From NCBI GenBank assembly GCA_040756235.1, contig JBFLZG010000137.1, positions 21,493 through 85,492 on the forward strand: 64,000 bases of DNA, read 5' to 3'. The translations under genes and the position numbers were made by a program. The stretch comes from a bacterium. Lineage in GTDB: Bacteria > Desulfobacterota > DSWW01. The notes under the pieces were generated by a model. The model saw nothing but the letters and a program-made list of their open reading frames with translations, searched no databases and was not told the origin of the DNA. Below are positions 36,087 through 44,900 of this stretch, piece after piece (position 1 is the first letter of the stretch; each line of letters starts with the position of its first letter).

Positions 36087-36191
36087 TGAGACTCAGCGGA
36101 TGACATCTTCGGTTTCTGAGCCAGCCTGCTTGCAGGAGGAGATCTTTCGGGTTCCGGGGGCCGAAGGATGGCCGGATGCAAGGCGCGCGAC

Positions 36192-36268
36192 AATTCCGCA
36201 GGACAGCGGAATTGGACGCATCATCCGCGAGGATGATGCGCCCGTAGGGCGAGGGCCATGGATGGCCC
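36192..36268 (+). other. four consecutive perfect stem-loops in a 323-bp intergenic region (structured RNA / REP-like cluster)
   Basis: The four hairpins are: aattccgc-aggaca-gcggaatt (36192-36213); gcatcatcc-GCGA-ggatgatgc (36218-36239, GNRA loop); gccc-gta-gggc (36240-36250); gggcca-tgga-tggccc (36253-36268). Confidence 0.6.
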
Positions 36269-36409
36269 GAGTCAAATTTGAGGAGTGAGACGTAACCGGG
36301 AGTCACAGTGGACCCCGGCCTTCGCCGGGGCAGGCTCCCCCCGCCACATGCGCCATGCGGGCAGTACAGCGGATGTGCGTTTATCGACAGCTCATTACGG
36401 AGGGGAGCG

Positions 36410-37789
36410 ATGGCCTTTGCCGACTACTTCGACGAGAAGCTCTACCGAATCCAGAACACGCCCGAGGTGAAACAGATCCAGCTTGAGAAGCTCAGGCGCC
36501 ACCTGGCCAGGTTCTACCAGCAGAGCCCGGCTGTGCGCATGTTCGTGGATTCGCAGGGGATCGCGCCCGAGAAGATGACACTGGAGGCCTTCCGGCTGGG
36601 CTTCCCCCTGCTCGGCCAGGGAACGCTACGGGGATCTGTGGCCTCCGAAGGCTCCCGGGAACCGGGATACATCGTGCAGGTGATCTCCGGCATGCTGGGC
36701 ATCGACCCATCCGAGTACGTACTGATGTGCGCCACCTCCGGCACCACGGGAGAGCCCACGCCCTACTTCTTCACGGCCGAGGACCTCGATTTCATGCCGA
36801 GGGGCACGAGCCGCGGCATGTACATGGTGACCCAAGGCAACCTGGAAGAGATCAAGCGGATGCGGGCCGTGCAGGCCTTCGGGCTGAGCATGTTCGGAGC
36901 CGGTGTTCCGCTGGTGGAGTGCCTGATCCGGCTGGGCGTGGGCTGCATTCCGGTGGGCGCCGAGGCCGGTACGGACCGCATCCTCAAGTTCGCCGAACGG
37001 TTCGCCGCCAACTGCATCTGGTGCACGCCTTCCCTTGCGGAGTACATGGTGGACACCGCCCTCGAGCGGATCCGGGCCATCGGGTTCAAGTACGTCTTCT
37101 GCGGCGCGGAGCCGGGAGCGGGAATTCCCGAGGTGCGCCAGAAGATCGAATCCGGCTTCCAGACCAAGCTCTACGACGGCATGGGCCTGATCGGCGGCCT
37201 GACCCTCTTCTCCTGCGGAGAAGAGGAGTACGCGGGGATGCACCACCTGACGGACGACATGTTCCTGTTCGAGCTGGTGGACCCCGAAACCAAGGAGACG
37301 ATCCCCTGGGAGGACCAGGCGGTCGGCGAGATGGTGATGACGCCGCTCCAGGGGTGCACGATCCCTCCGGGACGCTTCTCCTCCGGCGACGTCGCTCAGC
37401 TGTTCCTTGCCCCGTGCAAGTGCGGCGCTCCGGGATGGCGGATCAAGATGCGGGGGCGCACGGACGACATGCTGAAGGTCAAGGGGGTCATCGTCTATCC
37501 GGCCGCGGTCGATGGCGTGATCACCGGGTTCGTGCCGCGCCTGACGGGCGAGTTCCGCATCGTCCTCGATGCGCCGCCGCCCCGGGTGGAGCCGCCCCTG
37601 AAGCTCAAGGTCGAGTACGGCGAGGGCGTTCGCGAGGAGGACCTGGAAGGGCTCGGCAAGGAGCTCGAGGCCGAGATGCACGCCAAGCTCAAGGTCCGCC
37701 CGCGGATCACCTGGGTGCCGCCCATGACGCTCGAGCGGGCGGCCCACAAGACCAAGTTCATCGAGAAGGCCTACGAAGAGAAGAAATAA
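36410..37789 (+). CDS. phenylacetate-CoA ligase (PaaK)-like adenylate-forming acyl-CoA ligase
   Basis: Start trimmed to ATG 36410, preceded by GGAGGGGA. It has the CATSGTTGEPTPYFFT P-loop and KVKGVIVYPAAV, and is 459 aa. Confidence 0.8.
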   Translation: MAFADYFDEKLYRIQNTPEVKQIQLEKLRRHLARFYQQSPAVRMFVDSQGIAPEKMTLEAFRLGFPLLGQGTLRGSVASEGSREPGYIVQVISGMLGIDPSEYVLMCATSGTTGEPTPYFFTAEDLDFMPRGTSRGMYMVTQGNLEEIKRMRAVQAFGLSMFGAGVPLVECLIRLGVGCIPVGAEAGTDRILKFAERFAANCIWCTPSLAEYMVDTALERIRAIGFKYVFCGAEPGAGIPEVRQKIESGFQTKLYDGMGLIGGLTLFSCGEEEYAGMHHLTDDMFLFELVDPETKETIPWEDQAVGEMVMTPLQGCTIPPGRFSSGDVAQLFLAPCKCGAPGWRIKMRGRTDDMLKVKGVIVYPAAVDGVITGFVPRLTGEFRIVLDAPPPRVEPPLKLKVEYGEGVREEDLEGLGKELEAEMHAKLKVRPRITWVPPMTLERAAHKTKFIEKAYEEKK

Positions 37790-37801
37790 GGGGAAGACCA
37801 G

Positions 37802-38605
37802 ATGCCCGAGATCTACATGAACGACTGGCCTCCGTTCGCGCCCGACGACCAGAACCGGCGCGAGGCCACGCTCGTGGCGGTCAAGCTCATGGCCAACGCG
37901 GCGCAGACCGCGCCGAACGCCGGGGGCGTCTCCCAGATCGAGGCCTCCATCGTTTACGGCTACCGCGAGCAGGACCAGATCGCACGGAAGATGGAGGAAA
38001 TTGCCCACACGCGCTACGCCGACACGATGCTCGGCCGCCGCTTCCTGTACGAAGCCGTCATGGTGAGAGAGTCGGACGCCGTGCTGCTGCTCGGGAATTT
38101 CCGCGCCAAGGACACGCCCATGGACGCCAAATGCGGCGCCTGCGGCGGCCGTCGCGATTGCTCTTTCCTGTACAGCAGGCGCGATGCGCCGAGCGGCATC
38201 ATCGATCACACCCGCCGGCAGCACGAGACGTTCATCGATGGTCCCCTCTGCGGTGTGCGCTGCCAGGATTTCGGGTATGCCATGGGCTCGGCCCTCTGGA
38301 TGGCCAACCGGCTGATGATCGACGCCAGGGCCTATATGACGGTGGGGATGGCCGCGCTCCTGGTCGGCTATCTGAAGGACTCCTCGATCTGCATCGGGGT
38401 CCTGGCTGCCGCGCTTTCCAAGAACCCGTACGTGGACGTCAACACCGACTACCACGTGCTCAATCTGGGCCGGCACGTGGACGGTCTCCGCAAGCACTAT
38501 GCCCTGGGCCGGCAGGCGGGCGGCGACTACCGGGTCTCGGATCCGGGCTTCGATGCCGCCAAAGCCAGAAAGAAGGCTCTCAAGGCGGACCAGGATTCCG
38601 AGTGA
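37802..38605 (+). CDS. DUF2148-type Cys-rich (putative Fe-S) protein, paralog 1
   Basis: AVKLMANAAQTAPNAGGVSQIE, CGACGGRRDC and GPLCGVRCQDFGYAMGSALWMA match my recollection of the DUF2148 layout. Confidence 0.55.
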   Translation: MPEIYMNDWPPFAPDDQNRREATLVAVKLMANAAQTAPNAGGVSQIEASIVYGYREQDQIARKMEEIAHTRYADTMLGRRFLYEAVMVRESDAVLLLGNFRAKDTPMDAKCGACGGRRDCSFLYSRRDAPSGIIDHTRRQHETFIDGPLCGVRCQDFGYAMGSALWMANRLMIDARAYMTVGMAALLVGYLKDSSICIGVLAAALSKNPYVDVNTDYHVLNLGRHVDGLRKHYALGRQAGGDYRVSDPGFDAAKARKKALKADQDSE

Positions 38606-38615
38606 GGGGGACCCC

Positions 38616-39443
38616 ATGCCTGTCTACGATGCCAATCAACTCGCTCAGGAAAAGCTCTTCGATGTGGCCGTCTCGTGCGCCCAGGCAGCTCTCAAGGCGC
38701 CCCAGATCACCGGCAAGGTCGAGATCAAGATGCAGATCCTGACCGGTGAGGAGCTCAACCCGATCATGGAAGCCCTGACCATCCTGGGGCGGATCGACAT
38801 GTTCAACTTCCTGAGCTTCGCCACCTGGCAGAGCGCGGCCGCCCAGGGCAAGATGCCGGTCTTGCTCCTCATCGGTGCGGACGTGCGCCACAGCGACCTC
38901 AACTACAACTGCGGGGCGTGCGGCTTTCCGACCTGCGGCGAGTTCAACAAACACTCCAAATCCGTGACTCCGCCCCCTTACATCATGGTGAAAGGACCGG
39001 TCTGCATCTGGCGCCTGATCGATTATGCAGGGGCCTGCGACTGGGCCTGCGCGACCGCCTGGCAGCACAATGTCACGAACCGGATCGAGATCGCCTCGGG
39101 CTGGGCGTCCCGCGAGGTGGGATACCTGGAGGATTGCGACGTGGTCCACGGCCTGCCGCTGGGGCCGTGCACGGACCTGCACTGGTACTCCCGTGAGGCC
39201 GTCTCTGCCATGATGGACTACGACCTCTGGCTCGGCCGCACCCACCAGAACTATCCCACCATGTTCGGCACCTTCCCGGGAGAGGGCAGGCCCGACATCA
39301 AGATCCGGCCCGACTGGTGGAAGCAGCCGGCCGAGGTCGAGATCAAGCACATCCCTCCGGAGCAGTTCGAGGAGCTCTACGCCGGGGTGGAGAACGACCT
39401 GAAGGAGCTGAAAGGACGGGTGAAGGCCGCAAGAGCCGAGTGA
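38616..39443 (+). CDS. DUF2148-type Cys-rich (putative Fe-S) protein, paralog 2
   Basis: Start trimmed to ATG 38616, preceded by GAGGGGGA. AVSCAQAALKAPQITGKVEIK, NYNCGACGFPTCGEF and GPVCIWRLIDYAGACDWACATA give the same architecture as the preceding gene. Confidence 0.55.
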   Translation: MPVYDANQLAQEKLFDVAVSCAQAALKAPQITGKVEIKMQILTGEELNPIMEALTILGRIDMFNFLSFATWQSAAAQGKMPVLLLIGADVRHSDLNYNCGACGFPTCGEFNKHSKSVTPPPYIMVKGPVCIWRLIDYAGACDWACATAWQHNVTNRIEIASGWASREVGYLEDCDVVHGLPLGPCTDLHWYSREAVSAMMDYDLWLGRTHQNYPTMFGTFPGEGRPDIKIRPDWWKQPAEVEIKHIPPEQFEELYAGVENDLKELKGRVKAARAE

Positions 39444-39476
39444 GCGCGGGAGGCTTCACCCTTGAGGAGAGAGGAT

Positions 39477-42425
39477 ATGGAAATCCATAAGAGCACCGTG
39501 TCCGCGGCAGCGCCGGAAGGCGGCACGCTGCCCGAAAGACTCAGCCGGATCGTGGGACCGGAGCGGGTCACGACCGACCCCGGGCGGATCGCGTCTCGTC
39601 TCGGGCGGCCTGCCGGTGCGGCGCCGGCCCTGATCTGTGTGGAGCCGGCCGATGCCGGCGAGGTGCAGGAGGTCGTCGCACTGGCCGCTCGCCTAGGCTC
39701 GGCGGTGTTCACGCTCACCGACCGCACGCCGGACCCCTCCCTGGAGCTCGGCCGGGGCGGCATCCTGCTGGATCTGAGCCGGTTGCAGGGAATCGAGCGC
39801 GTGGACAAGCGCAACTTGCTGGCCCACGTCGAACGCGGGGTGACGTTCGCGGCCCTGAAGGAAGCCCTGGACGGTCAGGGGGTCAAGATCGCGGCGCCGC
39901 TGGCGGCCACGTCGGACTCGGTGCTGCAGAACTTCGTCAATCGAGCGCCGCTCAAGAAGGCGACGCTCTACCCGGAGGTGCACGTCTACAACCTGCAGGT
40001 GGTCATGGCCGACGGCAGGCTCTTCAGGACCGGCAGCCACGCCCTGAACGAGCTGGAGGACTGTCGGGAAGACGGCGGGCCGAGCCTGAGCCGCTGGCAC
40101 ATCGGGAGCGAGGACGTCTTCGGCATCGTGACCCGCGCGACGGTGTGGCTGTACCCCAAGGCCGAGAGCCGGGACGCACTCCTGTTCGGGTTCGACCGGC
40201 TGGAGGATGCGGTCCGGGTGCTGCGCAACGTCCCGCGGACCGAGCTCGGGTGGGAGTGGCTGGCGCTGGACCGGCGGTTCGCCGCGCACCTGCTCGGGGA
40301 GAAGGAGCCTCGTCTGCCGGCCTGGACGGTGGTGGTCGGGTTCGATCACCGCCGGAAGATGGTGGAGTATCAGAAGCGACGAGTGGCGGAGCTCGTGGGC
40401 GGGCTGGACGGCCGGCCTCTGGAGGATTACCGGGAGGCGTTTGCGCGGCTTCTGGACGAGGTCTGGTTCCAGGCTTCCCCTTTGCACACGGGATATTACT
40501 GCGCGTGCAACCGCGCCGCCGACCTGGACCGCGTGGCCCGGAGCCATTTTTCCGGAGCCGGCGCCACCGGGGACGAGTTGGGCCGCTGTCTGCTTTCCGT
40601 CAACCGGGGCCGCTGCCTGTACGCGCAGCACGATCTGTTCATGGACGCCGGGGGGCGCGAGGCTCTCATGGAGGGCCTGGAACGTGAGCTTGCGGGCCTG
40701 GGAGCATTTTTCGACCGCCCCCGCGGGGCCGTGGCCGACGACGTGCTCGCCCGGGTGCCGAACCTGCGCAAACAGCTGGCCACGATCAAGGCGGTGGTGG
40801 ACCCGCAGGGAATCCTCAACCCGGGCCGGTACGTGCGCCGGGAAGATCCCGTTTACGCGCCCCTGGCGGTGGCATATTCGTGCGCCGAAGACACCGGGGT
40901 CGAGGCGGCCAACCTGGAGGAGGTGGAAGGCAAGGTCAAGGCGGCGTTGGGGACGGAGTGGGTGAGCTCGAACCGTGCGGACCTGTCCGCCTACGGGCGG
41001 GACTTCACCGTCTTCTCCGGGGAACGGCCGAACATCGTGGTCCTGCCGCGCACGACCGAAGAGGTGCAGGCGGTGGTGCGGATTGCCTACGCGCACAAGA
41101 TCCCCGTGGTACCCCTCTCGACCGGGTTCAACCACGGCGGGCTCACGGTGCCGAGGAAGGGCGGGATCCTGGTCGACCTGAAGCGGATGAACCGGCTGGT
41201 GTCGATCGACGAGGAGACGATGACGGCCACCTTCGAGCCGGGAGTGCGGATGCGCTCGTTGTGGTACGAGACGCACAACGTGGAGACCTTCGGCGGGATC
41301 CGGCTCAAGCCGATTCTTCCCCTGACCCTTGGAAGCGTCTCCCTCCTGAGCAACTACGTTTCCCGGGGGGGACCCGGCAGCGCCGTCAAGTACGGCTTCG
41401 GCTCCGACCTCACGGTCAACATGACCTGGGTTCTGCCCAACGGCGAGATCTTCAGGACCGGGCCGTCTTCGGTCCCGGGTGTGGGGGACCTCGGGCTCAA
41501 CTGGGGGCCGGGGCCGGACGTGACCGGCATGTTCTTCAACGCGGACGGCGCCTTCGGGATCTGTACCGAGATCACGGCCAAGCTCTATCCGGACATGCCC
41601 AAGGAACAGATCGTCCAGACCGCAGTCTTCGACGAAGACCCGGTCGGCTGCCGCAAGGCGTGCGACATCATGTACGACGTCTGCCAGGACAACCTGGTCG
41701 AGTTCATCTACAAGAGCCATCCGGGGGTCATGTGCGTGACCCTGGCCGGTCTCATGGGGGGCAAGCCTCAGGACTACATGATGATGACCCCCAGGCATCC
41801 GCTCTTCATGATCTTGACCGGAATGGACGAGGAGGAGCTGGCGATCCGGGCCGAGTTGGTGAGAGAGATCTTTGCCAGGCACGAGGTCCTGGAGCTCGAC
41901 GTGAGCATGCTGCCGCCCGAGTTTGCGGACTTCATGTCCACCGAGCCGATGAAGGCGAGCCTCGGGCTCAAGAACACGACCGTAGGGGCCTATCGGGGTG
42001 CCTTCCAGTGGCAGGCCGGCTACATACAGGTGGACAAGGTGCCGGGGATCAATCAGGAATACAAGAAGCTCATCCGGAAGTACTGGAAAACCTCGGACAT
42101 CTCCATGACCGAGGAGTCCGCGCTGACCGGGACCGATATCCAGGGTCCGCTCCCTTACGCCCGGATGGGGACCGTGGAGTTCGACTACTGGTGGGACCAG
42201 GGGAATCCGGAATCGGTCAAGCGGGCAGGGGTCATGATCCGCAAGACCACGGAGCTCATGTTCCGGCACGGGGTCATCCCGATCCGGAACATGTTCGGGT
42301 TCGGCGAGCTGCTGCTGCCGAGGCTCACCGTGTACAACGAGATCCTGAAGAAGGTGCGAGCCGTCTTCGACCCGGCCAACCTCATGCACCCGGACGTGCT
42401 GCCGGCGACCGAAGACTATGTGTGA
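39477..42425 (+). CDS. fused double FAD-binding PCMH/VAO-type flavoprotein (982 aa)
   Basis: There are two tandem FAD_binding_4-like modules. The C-terminal one is canonical (IPVVPLSTGFNHGG, GGILVDLKRMNRLVSID, VLPNGEIFRTG). The N-terminal one is collinear, but its glycine-rich FAD loops are replaced (FTLTDRTPDPSLELGRGGILLDLSRLQGIERVD; SDSVLQNFVN). Start is ATG 39477 after GAGGAGAGAGG. Confidence 0.75.
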   Translation: MEIHKSTVSAAAPEGGTLPERLSRIVGPERVTTDPGRIASRLGRPAGAAPALICVEPADAGEVQEVVALAARLGSAVFTLTDRTPDPSLELGRGGILLDLSRLQGIERVDKRNLLAHVERGVTFAALKEALDGQGVKIAAPLAATSDSVLQNFVNRAPLKKATLYPEVHVYNLQVVMADGRLFRTGSHALNELEDCREDGGPSLSRWHIGSEDVFGIVTRATVWLYPKAESRDALLFGFDRLEDAVRVLRNVPRTELGWEWLALDRRFAAHLLGEKEPRLPAWTVVVGFDHRRKMVEYQKRRVAELVGGLDGRPLEDYREAFARLLDEVWFQASPLHTGYYCACNRAADLDRVARSHFSGAGATGDELGRCLLSVNRGRCLYAQHDLFMDAGGREALMEGLERELAGLGAFFDRPRGAVADDVLARVPNLRKQLATIKAVVDPQGILNPGRYVRREDPVYAPLAVAYSCAEDTGVEAANLEEVEGKVKAALGTEWVSSNRADLSAYGRDFTVFSGERPNIVVLPRTTEEVQAVVRIAYAHKIPVVPLSTGFNHGGLTVPRKGGILVDLKRMNRLVSIDEETMTATFEPGVRMRSLWYETHNVETFGGIRLKPILPLTLGSVSLLSNYVSRGGPGSAVKYGFGSDLTVNMTWVLPNGEIFRTGPSSVPGVGDLGLNWGPGPDVTGMFFNADGAFGICTEITAKLYPDMPKEQIVQTAVFDEDPVGCRKACDIMYDVCQDNLVEFIYKSHPGVMCVTLAGLMGGKPQDYMMMTPRHPLFMILTGMDEEELAIRAELVREIFARHEVLELDVSMLPPEFADFMSTEPMKASLGLKNTTVGAYRGAFQWQAGYIQVDKVPGINQEYKKLIRKYWKTSDISMTEESALTGTDIQGPLPYARMGTVEFDYWWDQGNPESVKRAGVMIRKTTELMFRHGVIPIRNMFGFGELLLPRLTVYNEILKKVRAVFDPANLMHPDVLPATEDYV

Positions 42426-42436
42426 AGCAGGTTCTA

Positions 42437-42535
42437 GGTGTCAGGTTTCAGGTGTCGGACCCCCTCTTTCGCCCCTGAGAACTGGCCACTGAAAGCTGAC
42501 ACTGGGCAACTGAAAACGGGTAACTGACAACTCCT
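42437..42535 (+). repeat. short tandem repeats in the 137-bp gap before the CCG gene
   Basis: AGGTGTC/AGGTTTC/AGGTGTC at 42437-42457. Then about 2.5 copies of a ~21-bp unit rich in ACTGA (aactggccactgaaagctgac / actgggcaactgaaaacgggta / actgacaactcc) at 42481-42535. Confidence 0.7.
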
Positions 42536-42562
42536 CCAATCTTGACCGAGAGGGAGTCGACC

Positions 42563-43801
42563 ATGGCCAGGGATGCCAGGATCGCCCGGGACATCAAGCC
42601 CCTGATGGAATACCGGAACATGGCCTGGAAATGCTGGAAGTGCGGCTTTTGCCGCATGTCCCACCCGGACGAGCAGTTCACCCACAAATACGCGGACAAC
42701 TGCCCCCGGGGGACTCGGTACCGGTTCGAGTCTTTCTACGGAGCCGGAACGCAGGAGCTCGTTCGCGCCCTGACGTGTGATCCTCCCGAACTGGACCTGG
42801 CGGATCCGGAGACCGCGCAGAGGATTCAGAAGATCGTCTATACCTGCCCGCAATGCGGGGCCTGCCAGGTGAACTGCAACCCCACCAAGTTCCTGGAGCC
42901 GGCCAACGCCTCGATGGCGCTCAGGCAGTGGCTCGTGAAACAGGGGCTCGGGCCGCTTCCGGAGCACCAGCCGCTGGTCAAGAGCATCCTCAATTACGAC
43001 AACCCCTGGATGCAGCCGCGGGCGGCGCGCCAGAAGTGGGCGAAGAAGAGGAAGGTCAAGGACGCCGGCACGGAAAAGGTCGAAGTGCTTTACTACCCCG
43101 GATGCACGGCTTCCTATGACCCCTACATCCAGCCGGTGGCCGGCTGGGTGACCGAAGTGCTGAACGCGGCGGGCGTGGATTTCGGCATCCTGGGCAAGAA
43201 CGAGATCTGCTGCGGGTCCACGGTCCTGCGGGTCGGGGACCTGGATTCCTTCCGCACCATCCGGCGGCGCAACCTGGAATCCCTGAACTCCACCTCTGCC
43301 CGGGTGATCGTCACGGCATGCGCGGGCTGCTTCAGCACACTCACCCACGAGTACGAGGGAGATCTGAAGGCAGAGGTCAAGCACATCGTCCAGTTCGTGG
43401 ACGAGCTCATCCAGGCTGGGAAATTACAATTCAGAAAGGACCTTAATCTTAAAGTAACTTATCATGATCCATGCCATGTAGGCCGATATTGCGACGTTTA
43501 TGAACCGCCTCGCAACATCCTGAAGGCGTTGCCTGGCGTAACCCTCAAGGAGATGAACCGCATCCGTCAGTGGAGCTGGTGCTGCGGCGCTGGGGGCGGG
43601 TGCAGGACCGCCTTCCCGGAGGAGGTGGCCGGGTTCGCCGCCGAGGCGAGGCTGGAAGAGGCGCACGAGACCGGCGTCAGGACACTGGTCACGGCCTGTC
43701 CGTTTTGCGAGCAGAACCTCGGTGAGAACGCGAAGCGGACCCACGAGCGCTACGGCATGGAGGTGCAAGACATCATGGAGCTAGTCTATCAGGCGTTGTG
43801 A
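42563..43801 (+). CDS. (Fe-S)-binding protein with two CCG domains (HdrD/GlcF-like)
   Basis: Start ATG 42563 after GAGAGGGAG. It has CPQCGACQVNC, CKCGFCRMS-type clusters and two CCG motifs (NEICCGST, WSWCCGAGGG) with YYPGCTASY / YHDPCHVGR. Confidence 0.85.
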   Translation: MARDARIARDIKPLMEYRNMAWKCWKCGFCRMSHPDEQFTHKYADNCPRGTRYRFESFYGAGTQELVRALTCDPPELDLADPETAQRIQKIVYTCPQCGACQVNCNPTKFLEPANASMALRQWLVKQGLGPLPEHQPLVKSILNYDNPWMQPRAARQKWAKKRKVKDAGTEKVEVLYYPGCTASYDPYIQPVAGWVTEVLNAAGVDFGILGKNEICCGSTVLRVGDLDSFRTIRRRNLESLNSTSARVIVTACAGCFSTLTHEYEGDLKAEVKHIVQFVDELIQAGKLQFRKDLNLKVTYHDPCHVGRYCDVYEPPRNILKALPGVTLKEMNRIRQWSWCCGAGGGCRTAFPEEVAGFAAEARLEEAHETGVRTLVTACPFCEQNLGENAKRTHERYGMEVQDIMELVYQAL

Positions 43802-43840
43802 GAGGCTGTCGATAAACGGCCATCTCAGGCGTTGCGCTCT
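43802..43840 (-). mobile_element. solo end fragment of the MITE-like repeat
   Basis: gaggctgtcgataaacggccatctcaggcgttgcgctc lies directly after the TGA of the CCG gene. Compare gaggctgtcccaaaacgcccatctgcggcgtt at 33201. Confidence 0.55.
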
Positions 43841-43863
43841 GCGGGCCCGAAAGGAGAATCGCA

Positions 43864-44844
43864 TTGCCCGAGAAAGGTGTGGGTGATCGGAAAGGGCTCT
43901 TGCTCCTGCGCCTGGCCTTTCTGGCCTGTGCGCTGACCGCCGCGCTGGCTTCGCCTCCGGCCGCCCGCGCCGCCGAGGGCGCGGGGGCGATCTGGCGGTT
44001 CGATTTTCGTGATGTGTTTTATGACGCCACCTTCGTGCGGCCGGACTGGGGGGTGGTCGTGGGAGCCCGGGGCCGGATCCTCACCTCTCACGAGCGTTAC
44101 CCCAACCTGTGGGCCGTGCGGGAATCCGGCACGACCGAGCTGTTGACCTGCCTGAGCTTCGCGGATGAACGGCACGGGTGGGCGGCCGGGCACGGAGGCA
44201 TCATCCTCGGCACGACAGACGGCGGGCGCACCTGGGAGGTCCAGAGGGAGTCCGCGCCGGAGAACCAGCCCCTCTTCGACATCCAGTTCCCGACGTTCCA
44301 GGCCGGATACGCCTGCGGCGCCTTCGATACTTTCCTGAAAACCGCTGACGGAGGCAAGAGTTGGGAGGAGATCCCGACCGGCCTGGACATCATGCTCAAC
44401 GGGATGGCTTTTGCGGATGAACTACAGGGGTACATGGTGGGTGAGTTCGGGACCGTGGTTCGCACCCGGGACGGGGGAGCCTCGTGGGAGAAGCTCGATA
44501 CGGGAGACTACCAGGGGTCTCTCTTCGGCATCACGCTCCTGTCGGAGCAGGAAATCCTGGTTTGCGGGATCGCCGGCAAGATCCTGCGGAGCGAGGACGC
44601 GGGCGAGACGTGGAGCGGGATCCCGTCGGCCACAGACCAGTCCCTGTTCCGGGGGGCCGCCCAGGGGGAGGAGGTCGTCCTGGCGGGCAACTCCGGAACG
44701 ATCCTCTGCAGCCGGGATCGCGGGAAGCATTTCATCCCAAGGAAGGACGAGGATCTCACGAGCTTTGCAGGCGTGTGCCCACACCCGGGCGGAGGCTTCC
44801 TCTGCCTCGGAGACACGGGGAAGATCGTTCATCTGCAGCCCTGA
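43864..44844 (+). CDS. Ycf48/BNR-like beta-propeller protein, secreted
   Basis: TTG start 8 nt after AAGGAG. Signal peptide LLLLRLAFLACALTAALASPPAARA. Repeated T.DGG.SWE blocks (TTDGGRTWEV, TADGGKSWEE, TRDGGASWEK, SEDAGETWSG). Confidence 0.8.
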   Translation: MPEKGVGDRKGLLLLRLAFLACALTAALASPPAARAAEGAGAIWRFDFRDVFYDATFVRPDWGVVVGARGRILTSHERYPNLWAVRESGTTELLTCLSFADERHGWAAGHGGIILGTTDGGRTWEVQRESAPENQPLFDIQFPTFQAGYACGAFDTFLKTADGGKSWEEIPTGLDIMLNGMAFADELQGYMVGEFGTVVRTRDGGASWEKLDTGDYQGSLFGITLLSEQEILVCGIAGKILRSEDAGETWSGIPSATDQSLFRGAAQGEEVVLAGNSGTILCSRDRGKHFIPRKDEDLTSFAGVCPHPGGGFLCLGDTGKIVHLQP

Positions 44845-44900
44845 TCGGCTCATCCGGCCAGTCGGGATGAGGGGGCGGTTCGAACTCGCCAGAGGAGTCC

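Noticed and set aside
36626-38617. 663-aa minus-strand ORF. Similar giants lie at 39693..42389, 46153..48699, 54439..57063, 6153..7700, 14499..16091 and 9490..11043.
   Set aside because: All lie antisense to plus-strand genes with clear family motifs. All have Arg/Gly/Pro/His-dominated translations. They are treated as non-coding shadows.
42481-42500. Sigma-54 promoter (TGGCCAC-TGAAA-GCTG)
   Set aside because: The GG-to-GC spacing is one base short of the TGGCAC-N5-TTGC consensus. The sequence is better explained as part of the ACTGA repeat array.
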